Part shown: piece by piece, positions 29,961-41,192 of the stretch | Layout: every line of letters begins with the position of its first letter | How positions within the stretch are numbered: the first letter of the stretch is position 1 | DNA from: an uncultured Gemmataceae bacterium | GTDB lineage: Bacteria; Planctomycetota; Planctomycetia; Gemmatales; Gemmataceae | NCBI GenBank assembly: GCA_963750165.1 | Contig: CAVVPN010000003.1 | Coordinates: 2,240,001 to 2,304,000 of the forward strand | Direction of reading: 5' to 3' | Length of the DNA: 64,000 nucleotides | Notes under the pieces: generated by a model | What the model was told of the DNA's origin: nothing | Database searches by the model: none | Seen by the model: only the letters and a program-made list of their open reading frames with translations | Position numbers and translations under genes: made by a program

Positions 29961-32900
29961 TTATTTCCCTTCGGGGATCTCACGGACGATCAAAGTGTAA
30001 GCCCCCTGGGACTTCCCCGCCAGGGAGGTGGCGATGATGCGGTATTCCCCGTCTGCCTCGGGCGTGTATTCAATGCGTGCATTCAGGCCGCCGGCACCGT
30101 CGTCATTCTCCGTGATGTACTTTCCCGATGAGTCTTGCAAGAAGAGGTAAGAATCGACCACCGAGCTTTCCATGTCGATAATGTATTTCTTCGAGCGCTT
30201 CATGGGGATGGTGTGGACGTTGGCCAAACTGTTTTTCCCGAACCGCGTCTCGAAGGAAAAGCCCGCCTGGAGCCGGGCAGGTTTCACCGCAACGACGTTC
30301 AGGTGCTTCTCCAACAGCCTGGGGATGTATAAGTTCAGGTTGGTCAGGTCATTCGGCCGTTGCAGCAACAGCCACGTTTGGTAGGCAGTTGTGGCCGCCT
30401 CCTCGTCCTGCTTCTTCCCAGTTTTCAAGAACTTTTCCCGGGCCGCGATGAAGCGGATGATCCAGTTCCAGGGGGTGTAGGAGTACAGCCTGGTCGCGTC
30501 AGTGGTGTTGTTAAATGCTGAATCCCACTTTTGTTGCGTCAAGTAGAAAAGCCCAAGGTTCTCCTTGGCCCAGGCCTTGTTTTGGGGAAGGGGAAACGCC
30601 TCGACGGCTTTTTGCACCTGGGCCTTCACTTGATTCTCATCCGGCTTGAGGACGTAAGCCAGCGCCAGTCGATTGTGACCGGTTCCCTTGTCGTAGGGAC
30701 TGTCCCTTGTTGCGTCCCATTTTTTCAGGGCCTGCTCGTAGTCCTCGATCGCCTTGTCGATTTTTCCCTCGATCATGCAGTGAACATCGCCCCGGGTCAG
30801 GAAATAGGCGAACTTATTCTGGTCGAGGTCGATGGCCTTGGTAAGGTAGCTCAAGGTTTCTGGGTAATCTTGCAGATCGTCATAATAGATTTTTCCGAGC
30901 TTGTAATATCGCTCCGACGGCTTGTCCGGATCCTGCTGGATCCAGTCCCTGTACAACTTGATTGCGACATCCCACTTCTTGGTAGACTCGGCTTGCCGGG
31001 TCAAGTTTTCATAAGCCTTGATCAGGGCCTCCTTAAAGAGATCGCGCATTTCTTTCTCTTGATCCACAGCCGCCAGGGCAACGCGCAGTCCGACAAGATC
31101 CTCTGGTTGGCGATACGCCATCGAGGCGTAGCGAACCAGGGCGGACTTCACCTTGCCCATGATCTTGTTCCGAGGGTCTCCTTTAAAAATCGGGTTCGCA
31201 GCCACTCGCTTCAACATCGCTTGCGTCCCCGCAAACGATGCGCGTGCGTCGCCCTCCAGGGCGGCAACCAGAAGGTTGTCCGTGCTGTAGGGCAATTTCG
31301 CCGGAATGTTGGTCGCAAACTCCAGTTCGGGGAACTTCTCAAAGAATTGTTGCGCCACCTTCGCCTCGGCGTTGCGGAGGTAGTAGGCCAGGAGTCGCGC
31401 CGTCCCCACCCCTTTGAACAGGTCGCGGATTGTGTACAATTTTTCGAGGATTTCTTTCGAGTACCCCTGTTCCTTTTGTTTTTCCAGCACGGCCGCCCAG
31501 TTGAACAGCAAAATCTGGAAGGCCTTGCTGTCCGCCCGCTCGCCGCCACTCAATTTACTGATGACGAAGTCTGCGTCCGCATTGCCTTTGAACAGGCTCT
31601 GGAGGATCGTGTTGTGGTCCTTGTATTCGAACGCTTGCGACGGCGACGGAAGGATGTCTTCCTGTTTGCCGGAAAAGTCATTCGCCCGGACACACAGTTT
31701 CCACACCAACGCTTGCCGCTGCTTGTCGGTGATTTCCCATTTGATATTCTCCTGGCTGAGCAGCACGAGCGCGGCGCGGGCCCAGACGTAATTGTCGGGT
31801 TGTTTGTCGAGGACCATACCGACGAGTTGATTGAGGACTTTTGGGCCGTCCTGGCCCTTCGTCTGCTTGAGCTTGATGGCGTTGAACAACATGGATTTGG
31901 CATCGCCGACAAACAGATAGTTATAATTCTTGTGGAGCCAGGTGAGGAGAGGTTCGGCGTGGTCGTCCTTGAAATTGGCGAAGAAACTGCCCAGCGCCTC
32001 CCGCAAGACCGGGTTCGGCCGTTTATGGTCGAACGCCTGCAGAACGGCGCGAAAATCCTTGTCATTTTCCGGCTCATTCCCTTTTTCGGGCTCGTAATTC
32101 TCCAGTGCCGTGACCCGAATGCGTTCATCTTCCTGGTCATCCACGATGATTTTCTTGACGAGTTTGTGCAGGGTGTCACCCTGGCGCTCGGTTGCGTAGA
32201 CGATGCTTAGTCGCAGGAGGAGGTCGCGTTTCTTTGCTTGTGTTCCGCGGGGGATGGCGTTGAACTGGGACAGGAAGGTTTCCGCGGTCTTACCACTCTT
32301 CAGCAGCTCCTCGGTGGCGACGTCGCGCAATTGCTGCTTGGTCTTCTCGTCCGTTTTGATGAGGTTCTCGACCTGGACCTTTAGTTTTTCTTCCACTTTT
32401 TTCCGGATCGGCGAACCCTCGACGAACAGCAGTTGCGCCATTTGCGTGGCGACGTCTCCTTGCAGGCGCTCTTTGAGATCGACTCTCACTTTCTCAATTT
32501 TCTGATCGGCTTTCTGATCGGCCTTTTCGGCTGCATCGTGGGCTTTCCTGTCCGTCTCAGTTTGGACCTGAGTGGTGATCGAGGTATTAATCCACCCGAT
32601 CACGGAAACGATGATCGTCACCAGGACGACCAGGCTGATGCTGCCTACGACAGTGTTTATGATGGACAGGCGCTTCCAGAGCTGGCGCCCCACCTTGCGC
32701 TCCACCTGTTCGTGGACCCAGGCGCGGTACTCGTCCTGGGTCAGCGACCGGGTTGGAACCCCCTCGCGCAGGAACCACAGACCCGCCAGCCCCGGAGGCG
32801 CCGCCCACTGGTCCCCATCGTAAATTCCCCTGGCCACTTTCTCAAACAACAGAGCGCCATTAGCGTTCATTGGGACATGGGCGTCGCCGACGGCCAGGAA

Positions 32901-33410
32901 GGCCACCCGGTTGTGGACAGCGTCCAGGCACGGCATGGCGTCACCCTTGTTGTAGGCGAACACCACGGTCTTCTCACTGTTGCCGCTCACGGTAGCCACC
33001 ACCAGCGCCCCACCTCCCGGCTTCGCCCACCCCTGATTGGTTGGTGTGGAGGTAATCGTTTGCTGGCCAATGAACCCCGCCAGCGGTTTACCGACGGACC
33101 CTGGGGTGATGAAGATGTCGGCGTAGCTTTGCGTCCCGAAGTCCACGCCGTCCTTGGCGAACGTCATGCCCAGGTCGAACAGGGCATGAGGGTTGCAAAC
33201 CAGGATCGGCACGTGCAACCCTCTGAGTACTGCCAGGACATGATCGGCGCAGACCACCACCAACTTGATCCCTGTTAGCGCGGGCAGGCTACTTTTGGCG
33301 TCGATAACCGAGACCTGGTATTTGAGCTGGACCTTCAGAATGCCCTCGATGGTCTTCTCCCAGGTCAGGGCGGCCGGGTCGTTCACGATGAGGATCACGT
33401 CCGGGTTCAT
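29961..33410 (-). CDS. Large single-TM multidomain protein: N-terminal alpha/beta domain, coiled coil, helical/TPR repeats, C-terminal PPC-like domain
   Basis: TM SISLVVLVTIIVSVIGWI; TPR-like YLTKAIDLD and KAIEDYEQAL; PPC-like YIIDMESSVVDSYLFLQDSSG...ENDDGAGGLNARI; visibly more AT-rich than the flanks. Confidence 0.78.
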   Translation of the reverse strand: MNPDVILIVNDPAALTWEKTIEGILKVQLKYQVSVIDAKSSLPALTGIKLVVVCADHVLAVLRGLHVPILVCNPHALFDLGMTFAKDGVDFGTQSYADIFITPGSVGKPLAGFIGQQTITSTPTNQGWAKPGGGALVVATVSGNSEKTVVFAYNKGDAMPCLDAVHNRVAFLAVGDAHVPMNANGALLFEKVARGIYDGDQWAAPPGLAGLWFLREGVPTRSLTQDEYRAWVHEQVERKVGRQLWKRLSIINTVVGSISLVVLVTIIVSVIGWINTSITTQVQTETDRKAHDAAEKADQKADQKIEKVRVDLKERLQGDVATQMAQLLFVEGSPIRKKVEEKLKVQVENLIKTDEKTKQQLRDVATEELLKSGKTAETFLSQFNAIPRGTQAKKRDLLLRLSIVYATERQGDTLHKLVKKIIVDDQEDERIRVTALENYEPEKGNEPENDKDFRAVLQAFDHKRPNPVLREALGSFFANFKDDHAEPLLTWLHKNYNYLFVGDAKSMLFNAIKLKQTKGQDGPKVLNQLVGMVLDKQPDNYVWARAALVLLSQENIKWEITDKQRQALVWKLCVRANDFSGKQEDILPSPSQAFEYKDHNTILQSLFKGNADADFVISKLSGGERADSKAFQILLFNWAAVLEKQKEQGYSKEILEKLYTIRDLFKGVGTARLLAYYLRNAEAKVAQQFFEKFPELEFATNIPAKLPYSTDNLLVAALEGDARASFAGTQAMLKRVAANPIFKGDPRNKIMGKVKSALVRYASMAYRQPEDLVGLRVALAAVDQEKEMRDLFKEALIKAYENLTRQAESTKKWDVAIKLYRDWIQQDPDKPSERYYKLGKIYYDDLQDYPETLSYLTKAIDLDQNKFAYFLTRGDVHCMIEGKIDKAIEDYEQALKKWDATRDSPYDKGTGHNRLALAYVLKPDENQVKAQVQKAVEAFPLPQNKAWAKENLGLFYLTQQKWDSAFNNTTDATRLYSYTPWNWIIRFIAAREKFLKTGKKQDEEAATTAYQTWLLLQRPNDLTNLNLYIPRLLEKHLNVVAVKPARLQAGFSFETRFGKNSLANVHTIPMKRSKKYIIDMESSVVDSYLFLQDSSGKYITENDDGAGGLNARIEYTPEADGEYRIIATSLAGKSQGAYTLIVREIPEGK

Positions 33411-33790
33411 GGGGGTTCCCTCGCTGGTTCGTCGCTCAGGGAGCACGGAGGCCGGGTGTCTGCCGGGCGCACGACCGTTACGGCCGGCTACAGGTCCGCC
33501 CTAACGACAGCGCTCGTAAAGGAGAGTCGGCTTCCCGATCACCCCGGCTTGGTCACGACGGCAATGGCAAGAGCGGGCATCGAATTGCCCTTGGCCAGGG
33601 GTTTACTGGGCCAACCCTTTTCCAAGGTGTCTGAGAGTAGGTTTACTTTACTCAATCGAGGATTGTGTGGTGCAGCGTTACGCCTGTCAACCAAAAAATC
33701 AAAAATAATCGCAGGGCCTGGAGGCCCCGGCCTATACTGAATCTCGGCAAGCAGGCAGCCATCGATCACCCCACGGCGGGAGGAGACCGC

Positions 33791-34462
33791 ATGTGTTTTT
33801 CCGCGGAAGCCAGTTTCACGGCGGGCGCTGTGCTGTTGTCGGCCGGCGCCTACTGCCTGCGAACCGCTGCCCGGTTGGGGGCCGCGTACCTGCCGCTGGC
33901 GGCCGTGCCGATCGCCTTCGGCGTGCAACAGCTCGCCGAGGGCCTGGTCTGGCTGGGCCTGGCTCACGACGACCCGGCCCTGGTGCGGCCGATTTCGCTG
34001 GTCTACCTGTTCTTCGCCCTGGCGTTCTGGCCGTTCTGGGTGCCGCTGTGCGTCGTCTGCCTCGAACAGCGGCCGCGGGTCAGACGGATCCTGGCCGTGG
34101 GCACCCTGCTCGGCGTGGCGCTCGGCGCCGCCCAGTTCGTGCCGCTGCTGTTCCTGACCCCCTGGCTGAAAGTGGAGGTCGTCCACCACTCGATCCACTA
34201 CCACATCCGCAACGCCTTCCCGTTCAACACCGCCCCGCGATTGGTGTGGATGGCGCTGTATGCGGCCCTGGTGTTTTGCCCCTTCCTGGCGGCGCGCGAC
34301 AGCCGCTTCACGGGTTTCGGCCTCTCCCTGATCGCGTCCGTGGCGGTCAGCGAACTCCTGTTCAGTCACGCCTTCGTGTCCGTCTGGTGCTTCTTCGCGG
34401 CGCTGCTATCGCTACAGTTGTGCCACCTCTTCCACCGCCTGGCGGAACCCCGACTGGCCTGA
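33791..34462 (+). CDS. Multi-TM membrane protein (DUF6629-like)
   Basis: RBS GGAGGAG; MCFSAEASF start, QQLAEGLVW, SVWCFFAA. Confidence 0.8.
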   Translation: MCFSAEASFTAGAVLLSAGAYCLRTAARLGAAYLPLAAVPIAFGVQQLAEGLVWLGLAHDDPALVRPISLVYLFFALAFWPFWVPLCVVCLEQRPRVRRILAVGTLLGVALGAAQFVPLLFLTPWLKVEVVHHSIHYHIRNAFPFNTAPRLVWMALYAALVFCPFLAARDSRFTGFGLSLIASVAVSELLFSHAFVSVWCFFAALLSLQLCHLFHRLAEPRLA

Positions 34463-35780
34463 CCCGACGTGCGTGGCGTGGTTGTCTGTGGATGCGGCGC
34501 AATGCAATCCATTGGCCCGCGCCCGTCAGCGCCTGCGCGTGGAACGGCGACCGCAGTTGCTCCAGTGGTCCCAGTGCCAGCGCCGTCACGCCCGTCAGCG
34601 GATACTGATCGAGCACTTGCCGGATGTCCTGCACCGTCACCTTCTCGAAGCCGGCCAGCTCGTCATCGACGGTGCGGTACTGGTGCAGGTAGGTCCAGGC
34701 CATGCCGATGGCCTGCATGCGGCCCATCGGCCGTTCGCCGCCGCGCACCACGCGCGACAGCACCTTGCTCTTGGCCGTCGCCAGCTCCTCCGCGCCGACG
34801 CCCTCCTCCTGCACCTGGCGGAACACCTCGTGAACGATGCCCAGATTCTCCTCCGTCTGGCCCGGCTCGCAGCTGAACGACGTGAACAGCGAGCCGGTGC
34901 CCTCGTAGTCGTGGAACGAGCAGTCCGCCGACTCGACCAGGCCTGGATCGACCAGCGCCCAGTACAGCCGGCTGCCGGAGTCGTCGCCCAGGACCATCGC
35001 CAGCGTGTCCGCGGCGTAGCGCAGCGGCGCGTCCGCGGCGGGCCCCGGCGAGATCAAGAAGACGTGCTCCTGCGCCACCTTCGGCCTGGTCATGACCTCG
35101 AAGTGGCGCGAGCCGGGCGTCGGCGTGACGCCCTTGCGCGGCGCCTCGCCCCCGTCCCAGGAACCGCAGGCGCGTTCGATCAGCGGCACCAGCGCCTGCC
35201 AGTCGTAGTTGCCGGCGGCCACGACGGTGATGTTCGGGGCGACGTAACGGCGGCTGAAGTAGCTGTGCATCTGGTCGCGCTGCAGGGCGCGGATGCTGTC
35301 GGGGGTGCCGAGGATGCTGTTGCCCAGCGGGTGTTCGGCGAAGTATGCCTTCTTGGCGTGGTCGTATGCGGACCACATCGGCTGGTCCTCGTACATGCCG
35401 ATCTCCTCGATGATGACGTTTTTCTCCATCTCGAAGTCCTGCACGCGCAGCGACGGCCGCAGGATGTCGGCGAGCAGATCCACGGCCTGCGGCAAATACT
35501 CGGGCAGGATACCGGCGTAGAAGACGGTATTTTCCTCGCTGGTGAAGGCGTTGTAGTTGGCGCCGATGCGGTCGAAGTCGCGGTTGACGGCGAGGTAATC
35601 GCGGCGTTCGGAGCCCTTGAAGATCATGTGCTCCAGGAAGTGCGTGACGCCGCAGACTTCGGGCGTCTCGTCGCGCGAGCCGGTGCGGACGAAGAAGCCC
35701 AGCGCCACGGAGCGGTTGGCGTGGTTGGTTTCGCCGATGATCTGCAAACCGTTGGGCAACACGTGGCGGTGGAATGGCAT
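34362..35780 (-). CDS. M16 (pitrilysin/insulinase) zinc peptidase, catalytic subunit; true stop may be near 34526
   Basis: GSRDE, HFLEH zinc motif, NAFTSEENT, EKNVIIEEI. The last ~55 codons overlap the convergent gene and do not look like peptidase sequence. Confidence 0.9.
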   Translation of the reverse strand: MPFHRHVLPNGLQIIGETNHANRSVALGFFVRTGSRDETPEVCGVTHFLEHMIFKGSERRDYLAVNRDFDRIGANYNAFTSEENTVFYAGILPEYLPQAVDLLADILRPSLRVQDFEMEKNVIIEEIGMYEDQPMWSAYDHAKKAYFAEHPLGNSILGTPDSIRALQRDQMHSYFSRRYVAPNITVVAAGNYDWQALVPLIERACGSWDGGEAPRKGVTPTPGSRHFEVMTRPKVAQEHVFLISPGPAADAPLRYAADTLAMVLGDDSGSRLYWALVDPGLVESADCSFHDYEGTGSLFTSFSCEPGQTEENLGIVHEVFRQVQEEGVGAEELATAKSKVLSRVVRGGERPMGRMQAIGMAWTYLHQYRTVDDELAGFEKVTVQDIRQVLDQYPLTGVTALALGPLEQLRSPFHAQALTGAGQWIALRRIHRQPRHARRVRPVGVPPGGGRGGTTVAIAAPRRSTRRTRRRD

Positions 35781-35812
35781 GAAAAGCTCCCGTGAGTGCG
35801 ATGGTGGTTGGG

Positions 35813-35860
35813 TGTCCTGGTTCGTAGTACCGCCTGAAGGCGGTACTACGAACCAGGACA
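35813..35860. repeat. GTAG-type REP-like palindrome, 22-bp arms
   Basis: TGTCCTGGTTCGTAGTACCGCC-TGAA-GGCGGTACTACGAACCAGGACA. Confidence 0.85.
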
Positions 35861-37087
35861 TCAAGTCAGCGCCTGCGGTCCCAGGGTGACGATGGTGAAG
35901 TCGCGCGGCGGCATTTGCCGCAGGTGCTCGGTGATGGTCTGCGGCGACAGCGCCTGCACCGCCGCCTGGATCTCGTCGAGGCTGCGCACGCGCTTGAGGT
36001 AGTACCAGTCCGACGCCAGCGCCCCAGCCCGCGCCGAGGTCGATTCCTCCTGCATGATGAGCGACGACTTGAGCCCCGCCTGGACGCGCTCCACCTCGTC
36101 GGCGCCGACGCCCTCCGGCAACCGTTTCAGCTCACCGAGGGTCACGTCGAGCGTCTCCTGGGCGCGCTCGTTGGTGGTGCCGGCGTACACCAGCACGCTG
36201 GCGACCTCCTTGAAGGTCTGGTAGCTGGCGGACACGGCGTAGCACAGGCCGCGCTTCTCGCGCACCTCCGTGAACAGCCGCGCCCCCATGCCGCCGGACA
36301 GCACCTGCACCGCCCCCTGCGCCGCGTAATATCCGGGGTGGCCGAACGGCACACTCGGGTAGGCGATGGCGATCTGCGTCTGTGTCGTCTCCTTCTGCAG
36401 GTGCTCACGGCCGCCGACCGGCGGCTGGAGCGGCACCTCCGCTTCCGGGCCAGCCTGCCAGTCGCCGAACAGCCGGCCGATCTGGTCGCGCAGCGGCTCC
36501 CAGTCGATGTTGCCCGCGACCGACACGATGCTGCCGCGCGCCCGGAACAGCCGGGTGTGGTGCTGCCGCAACTCGGCGTCGGTGACGCGCGCGATGCCCT
36601 CAGCGGTGCCACGACGGTCGCGGCCGAGCGGCATCGGGAAGTGGCGGCGGCGCAGTTCCAGGACGACCTTCTGCCGCGGTTCGTCCTCCAGGCCCTGCAG
36701 GTCCTGCAGCGCCAGTGCCTGGACCGCTTCGAGGTCGTCCTCGGGCAGGCGCGGCCGGCGGAGGATGTCGGCGTAGATGTCCAGGGCGGCGGGCAGGTTG
36801 CGGGCCAGGGTGGCGCCCCAGAAGCGCATGTGGATGGCGCCGACGCTCTCGTCGCGGTCGAGGCCGAGGTTGTCGAGGTCGAGCATGAGTTTGCGGCTGT
36901 CGCGGTCGCCGGCGCCACGGGTGATGAGTTCGGACAGCACCGTGGCGGTGCCGAGCCGCTCGGGCGGATCGAAGGCACAGCCGGCGGCCACCAGGAAATT
37001 CAGCGCCGCCGAGCGCACGTGCGTCATCCGCTCCGCGAGCAGGGTCAGGCCGTTGGGGAAGGTGTGCTGATAGACTTCCTGTGCCAC
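35861..37087 (-). CDS. M16 peptidase family, non-catalytic partner subunit
   Basis: FPNGLTL, LSGGMGARLFTEVREKRGLCYAV; lacks HxxEH. Confidence 0.88.
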   Translation of the reverse strand: MAQEVYQHTFPNGLTLLAERMTHVRSAALNFLVAAGCAFDPPERLGTATVLSELITRGAGDRDSRKLMLDLDNLGLDRDESVGAIHMRFWGATLARNLPAALDIYADILRRPRLPEDDLEAVQALALQDLQGLEDEPRQKVVLELRRRHFPMPLGRDRRGTAEGIARVTDAELRQHHTRLFRARGSIVSVAGNIDWEPLRDQIGRLFGDWQAGPEAEVPLQPPVGGREHLQKETTQTQIAIAYPSVPFGHPGYYAAQGAVQVLSGGMGARLFTEVREKRGLCYAVSASYQTFKEVASVLVYAGTTNERAQETLDVTLGELKRLPEGVGADEVERVQAGLKSSLIMQEESTSARAGALASDWYYLKRVRSLDEIQAAVQALSPQTITEHLRQMPPRDFTIVTLGPQALT

Positions 37088-37108
37088 AGTGCAAATCTCC
37101 TTGAAGGG

Positions 37109-37678
37109 TCACAACTCGAACCGGGCCGCCTCCTGCAGGGCCGAGTTCTGCTCGACCGCCTTGTACAGCGTCTTGCGACAGCGGAAGCCGAGACGGCGGT
37201 ACAACCGGATGGCCGCGGTGTTCTGGGCGGTCACTTCCAGCAAGGCGCGGCCCAAACCGGCGCGGACGAAGCCGTGCAGCGCCTGCAACAGCAGCGCCCG
37301 TCCCAGACCGCGGCCGCGGTAGGCCGGCACCACGCCCAGGTTCTGGATCGCCCCGAGGCCGCTGCGCTCACGGACGCCCTGCACGGTGCCGCACCAGTCA
37401 TTGCCACAACCGATCAGCCAGGTCGCCTCCGGCCGAAAGCCGGCCTTGCGGCTGATCTCGCGCATCAAGTAGGTGCAGCCGACGCGACTGCTCAGGCTCG
37501 GAAAGACGATGGCGTCGATCTCGTCCTGGAAGCTGAGGAACTTGACCTCGGCGTGGGTCTCCAACAGCGCCTCGTCCCAGGCGAGCCAGTGAAAGCCCGC
37601 GGGCAGCGCTGGCGGCGGCGCGAGGGCGTTCAGGTCGATTTCCATGCGGAAGCGTTTGAAGTAGGCAATGCCGCTCAT
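37109..37678 (-). CDS. GNAT family N-acetyltransferase
   Basis: LGVVPAYRGRGLGRALL, LEVTAQNTAAIRLYRRLGF. Confidence 0.9.
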   Translation of the reverse strand: MSGIAYFKRFRMEIDLNALAPPPALPAGFHWLAWDEALLETHAEVKFLSFQDEIDAIVFPSLSSRVGCTYLMREISRKAGFRPEATWLIGCGNDWCGTVQGVRERSGLGAIQNLGVVPAYRGRGLGRALLLQALHGFVRAGLGRALLEVTAQNTAAIRLYRRLGFRCRKTLYKAVEQNSALQEAARFEL

Positions 37679-37862
37679 GACCGAGCTTCCGTCCATCGTC
37701 GGGCCGCCGAGCCTGGGGTAGAAGGTAGCTTGATTCTAGCAAAGGGGATGGGCGCGGTCAAAGGCGCGGTGTCCGCACGGTGGCAGGCCGGGGTTTCGCG
37801 TTGGCGGGGCGCGGCCCGGTGGTAAAATGGCGTTGCGTCCAGGAGACAGGAGAGGGACAGCC

Positions 37863-38147
37863 ATGAACGACGAAAACCCCGAGCAGGCTGGTGACGCCCA
37901 GCAGGGCAACGGTCCGGACTCTTCCAAGCCGTCGGAAAATGCTGCGGTTCCGCCGACTTCCTGGTACGGTGTGCCATGCGATTTCGTCCGGGTCCGAATG
38001 GGATTACCCGTAGTCGGAAGTCCCACGCCACGGTCGCTGTGGTTGATAGCCCTTCAGCTCGCCCGGGAAGTGCAGCATCTCCCTCCCTTTCTTCGCCTCG
38101 GCGCCCAGTTCTTCACCGAGTACAACACCACCCTTTCCCTCGCCTGA
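37863..38147 (+). CDS. Small hypothetical protein
   Basis: Purine-rich RBS (GAGAGGGA) and TAAAAT upstream; fills the gap between the GNAT gene and leuS; no recognisable motif. Confidence 0.45.
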   Translation: MNDENPEQAGDAQQGNGPDSSKPSENAAVPPTSWYGVPCDFVRVRMGLPVVGSPTPRSLWLIALQLAREVQHLPPFLRLGAQFFTEYNTTLSLA

Positions 38148-38197
38148 GACCAAGGCAGCGGCGAACTGCTCCTCCCCTGACCCGCCCGCCGCCCGCG

Positions 38198-40978
38198 TCA
38201 CTTGCCAATCACCACGTTCACCAGCTTGCCCGGCACCACAATGACCTTGAACGTCTTGCCCGCGATCAGCGCCTGCACGCGCTCGTCCGCCAGCGCCGCC
38301 TTCTCCAGTCCCGCCTTGTCGATGTCCGCCGGCACGGTGATCTTGGCCCGTACCTTGCCGTTAACCTGCACTGGCACCTCGATCTGGTCCGCCTTCGTCA
38401 GCGCCGGGTCGAACGCCGGCCACGGTTCATACGCCAGCGTCGTCGTGTGACCCAGTGCGCTCCACAGTTCCTCCGCCAGGTGCGGCGCGAACGGCGCCAG
38501 CAGCAGTACGAACGTCCGCAGCACGGCGCGCGGCCGCACCGGCAGCGGCGTCAGGTGGTTCGTCAGTTCCATCATCGCCGCGATGGCCGTGTTGAAGCGC
38601 ATCGCGTCCAGGTCTTCCGTCACCTTCTGGATGGTCTGGTGCAGTTTGCGCTCGGTGTCGCGGTCGGGCGCCACCAGCTGCACGCTGTCGAGCTGTTGCA
38701 CCGCGTCGGCGCGCTCGTCGATGAACAGCCGCCAGACGCGGTTCAGGAAACGGTACACGCCCTCGACGCCGCGCATGCTCCACGGCTTCGTCGCCTCTAG
38801 CGGGCCCATGAACATCTCGTACAGCCGCAGACTGTCGGCGCCGTATTCGTTCACCACGTCGTCGGGGTTGATGACGTTGCCGCGCGCCTTGGACATTTTT
38901 TCCGCGCGCGGCACGACCTCCACGGCCTCATCTTCCTTCCAGAAGAACTTGCCCCCCCGAGCGACCACCCCTTCTTCTGTGAATTCCGCGGGGGGCGACA
39001 CCACCTCGGTCGCGGCAAGCAAGGCAGCGAGCCGCGCGGACCCGGTGCCGTCCTGGGCCTTCTTGACGGCGGCCGGCGTGGGGTGATACGAGGCCTCGCC
39101 CAGGATCATGCCCTGGTTGACCAGCCGTTGAAACGGCTCCGGCGTGTGGACGTGGCCGCGGTCGAACAGCACCTTGTGCCAGAAGCGCGCGTACAGCAGG
39201 TGCAGCACCGCGTGCTCCGCGCCGCCGACGTACAGGTCCACCGGCATCCAGTATTTTTCCTTCGCCGCGTCGCAGAACTGCCGATCGTTCTTCGGATCCA
39301 GGTAGCGCAGGTAGTACCAGCACGAGCCGGCCCACTGCGGCATCGTGTTCGTCTCACGGCGGTAGCGCTTGCCGTTCTTCGTGACATACAGCCAGTCAGT
39401 CGCCTTGCCCAGCGGCGGTTCCGGCTTGCCCGACGGCTTGTAATCCTCCAGCTCCGGCAGCCGCAGCGGCAGTTCCTCCGACGACAACGGTTCGATGACG
39501 CCAGTGGGGTTGCCGTTGGCGTCCAGTTCGTGCAGGATCGGGAACGGCTCGCCCCAGTAGCGCTGCCGGCTGAACAGCCAGTCGCGCAGCTTGTAATTGA
39601 CGCGGCGCGTGCCCAGGCCCTTGAATTCCAGCCAGTCCGTGATTTTCTTCTTGAACTCCGCCGTCGGCAGGCCGTCGAAAGGGCCGGAGTTGACCGCGAC
39701 GCCCTCTTCCACATACGCCTCGGTCAGCTCGTCCAGCGTGCTCTTCGTTTTCTTCAACCACTCCTCGGTCGGCTTGACGACGGTGCGGATCGGCAGGCCG
39801 AATTGCTTCGCGAACTCGAAGTCGCGCTCGTCGTGCGCCGGCACCGCCATGATCGCCCCGGTGCCGTAGCTCGCCAGCACGTAATCCGCGATCCAGATGG
39901 GCACCTTCTCGTTGTTGACCGGGTTGATGGCGTACGCGCCGGTGAAGACGCCGGTCTTCTTCTTGGCCAGTTCGGTGCGCTCGAAGTCGCTCTTGCGCGC
40001 GGCCGCAGCCCGGTACTGTTCGACCGCCGCCTGTTGTTCCGACGTCGTGATCTCGGGCACCAGCGGATGTTCCGGCGACAGAACCATGTAGGTGGCGCCG
40101 AACAACGTGTCCGGCCGCGTCGTGAACACGCGGATGTTGTGCTCAAAGCACCCGGACAACGTTGCCAGCAGGAAATCCACCTCCGCGCCCTCGCTGCGGC
40201 CGATCCAGTTGCGCTGCATCTCCTTGATGGCCGGCGACCAGTTCACCTGGTCCAGATCATTCAGCAGCCGCTCCGCGTAGGCGGTGATGCGCAGCATCCA
40301 CTGCTTCAGCGGCATCCGCACCACCGGGAAGCCGCCGCGCTCCGATTTGCCGTCGATCACCTCCTCGTTCGCCAGCACCGTGCCCAGCCCTGCGCACCAG
40401 TTGACCGGCACCTCCGCCATGTACGCCAGCCGCTTGCTATCGCGGTAGGCGCGCACCGCGGCGTCGCCCTGCTGTTGCACCTCTGGCGGGATCGGCAGCT
40501 CGCGGATCGGCCGGCCGCGCTGCTGCTCGGCGTCATACCAGGTGTCGAACAGTTGCAGGAAAATCCATTGTGTCCACTTGAAGTAACCGGGGTCGGTGGT
40601 ATCGACCTCACGGTCCCAGTCGTAGCTGAAGCCGAGCATCTGGATTTGCCGGCGGAAGTTGTTGATGTTGCGCAGGGTGTTGTTGCGCGGGTGCTCGCCG
40701 GTGGCAATGGCATGTTGCTCCGCCGGCAGGCCGAAGGCGTCCCAGCCCATCGGGTGCAGCACGTTGTCGCCGCGCATGCGGCGGTAGCGGGCCAGGATGT
40801 CCGTGGCGGTGTAGCCCTCCGGGTGGCCGACGTGCAGGCCGCTGCCGCTCGGGTAGGGGAACATGTCGAGGATGTAGAACTTCGGCTTATCCGAGAGGTC
40901 GGGCGTCTTGAAGGTTTTGTGCTCCAGCCAGTAGCGCTGCCAGCGCGGCTCGATCACCTTGGGGTTGTAGGTCGGCAT
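38198..40978 (-). CDS. leuS: Leucine--tRNA ligase
   Basis: [31 protein letters not shown] editing domain, [19 protein letters not shown]. Confidence 0.97.
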   Translation of the reverse strand: MPTYNPKVIEPRWQRYWLEHKTFKTPDLSDKPKFYILDMFPYPSGSGLHVGHPEGYTATDILARYRRMRGDNVLHPMGWDAFGLPAEQHAIATGEHPRNNTLRNINNFRRQIQMLGFSYDWDREVDTTDPGYFKWTQWIFLQLFDTWYDAEQQRGRPIRELPIPPEVQQQGDAAVRAYRDSKRLAYMAEVPVNWCAGLGTVLANEEVIDGKSERGGFPVVRMPLKQWMLRITAYAERLLNDLDQVNWSPAIKEMQRNWIGRSEGAEVDFLLATLSGCFEHNIRVFTTRPDTLFGATYMVLSPEHPLVPEITTSEQQAAVEQYRAAAARKSDFERTELAKKKTGVFTGAYAINPVNNEKVPIWIADYVLASYGTGAIMAVPAHDERDFEFAKQFGLPIRTVVKPTEEWLKKTKSTLDELTEAYVEEGVAVNSGPFDGLPTAEFKKKITDWLEFKGLGTRRVNYKLRDWLFSRQRYWGEPFPILHELDANGNPTGVIEPLSSEELPLRLPELEDYKPSGKPEPPLGKATDWLYVTKNGKRYRRETNTMPQWAGSCWYYLRYLDPKNDRQFCDAAKEKYWMPVDLYVGGAEHAVLHLLYARFWHKVLFDRGHVHTPEPFQRLVNQGMILGEASYHPTPAAVKKAQDGTGSARLAALLAATEVVSPPAEFTEEGVVARGGKFFWKEDEAVEVVPRAEKMSKARGNVINPDDVVNEYGADSLRLYEMFMGPLEATKPWSMRGVEGVYRFLNRVWRLFIDERADAVQQLDSVQLVAPDRDTERKLHQTIQKVTEDLDAMRFNTAIAAMMELTNHLTPLPVRPRAVLRTFVLLLAPFAPHLAEELWSALGHTTTLAYEPWPAFDPALTKADQIEVPVQVNGKVRAKITVPADIDKAGLEKAALADERVQALIAGKTFKVIVVPGKLVNVVIGK

Positions 40979-41116
40979 GCCAGGCGGTCCTTCTCGGAAG
41001 GGACGGTCGCGGGTTTTTCTCGGGCCGAGGATGGAACTATTGGTCTATCCCCCGGCGCACACGCCGTCAACAAGGACACTGGCCGCGGCGCGGACGTTCG
41101 CTGCTTGCAACAACGC

Positions 41117-41165
41117 GACCCCATTCAGGGTTGCGCGCGGACAGCGCGCAACCCTGAATGGGGTC
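41117..41165. repeat. Intergenic inverted repeat, 22-bp arms
   Basis: GACCCCATTCAGGGTTGCGCGC ... GCGCGCAACCCTGAATGGGGTC. Confidence 0.8.
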
Positions 41166-41192
41166 AGAGGGAGCCGGCCGCGGCGGCCCAGG

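Noticed and set aside
29961..33760. Prophage or integrative element
   Set aside because: Only a compositional shift is seen; no integrase, att repeats, tRNA or phage genes.
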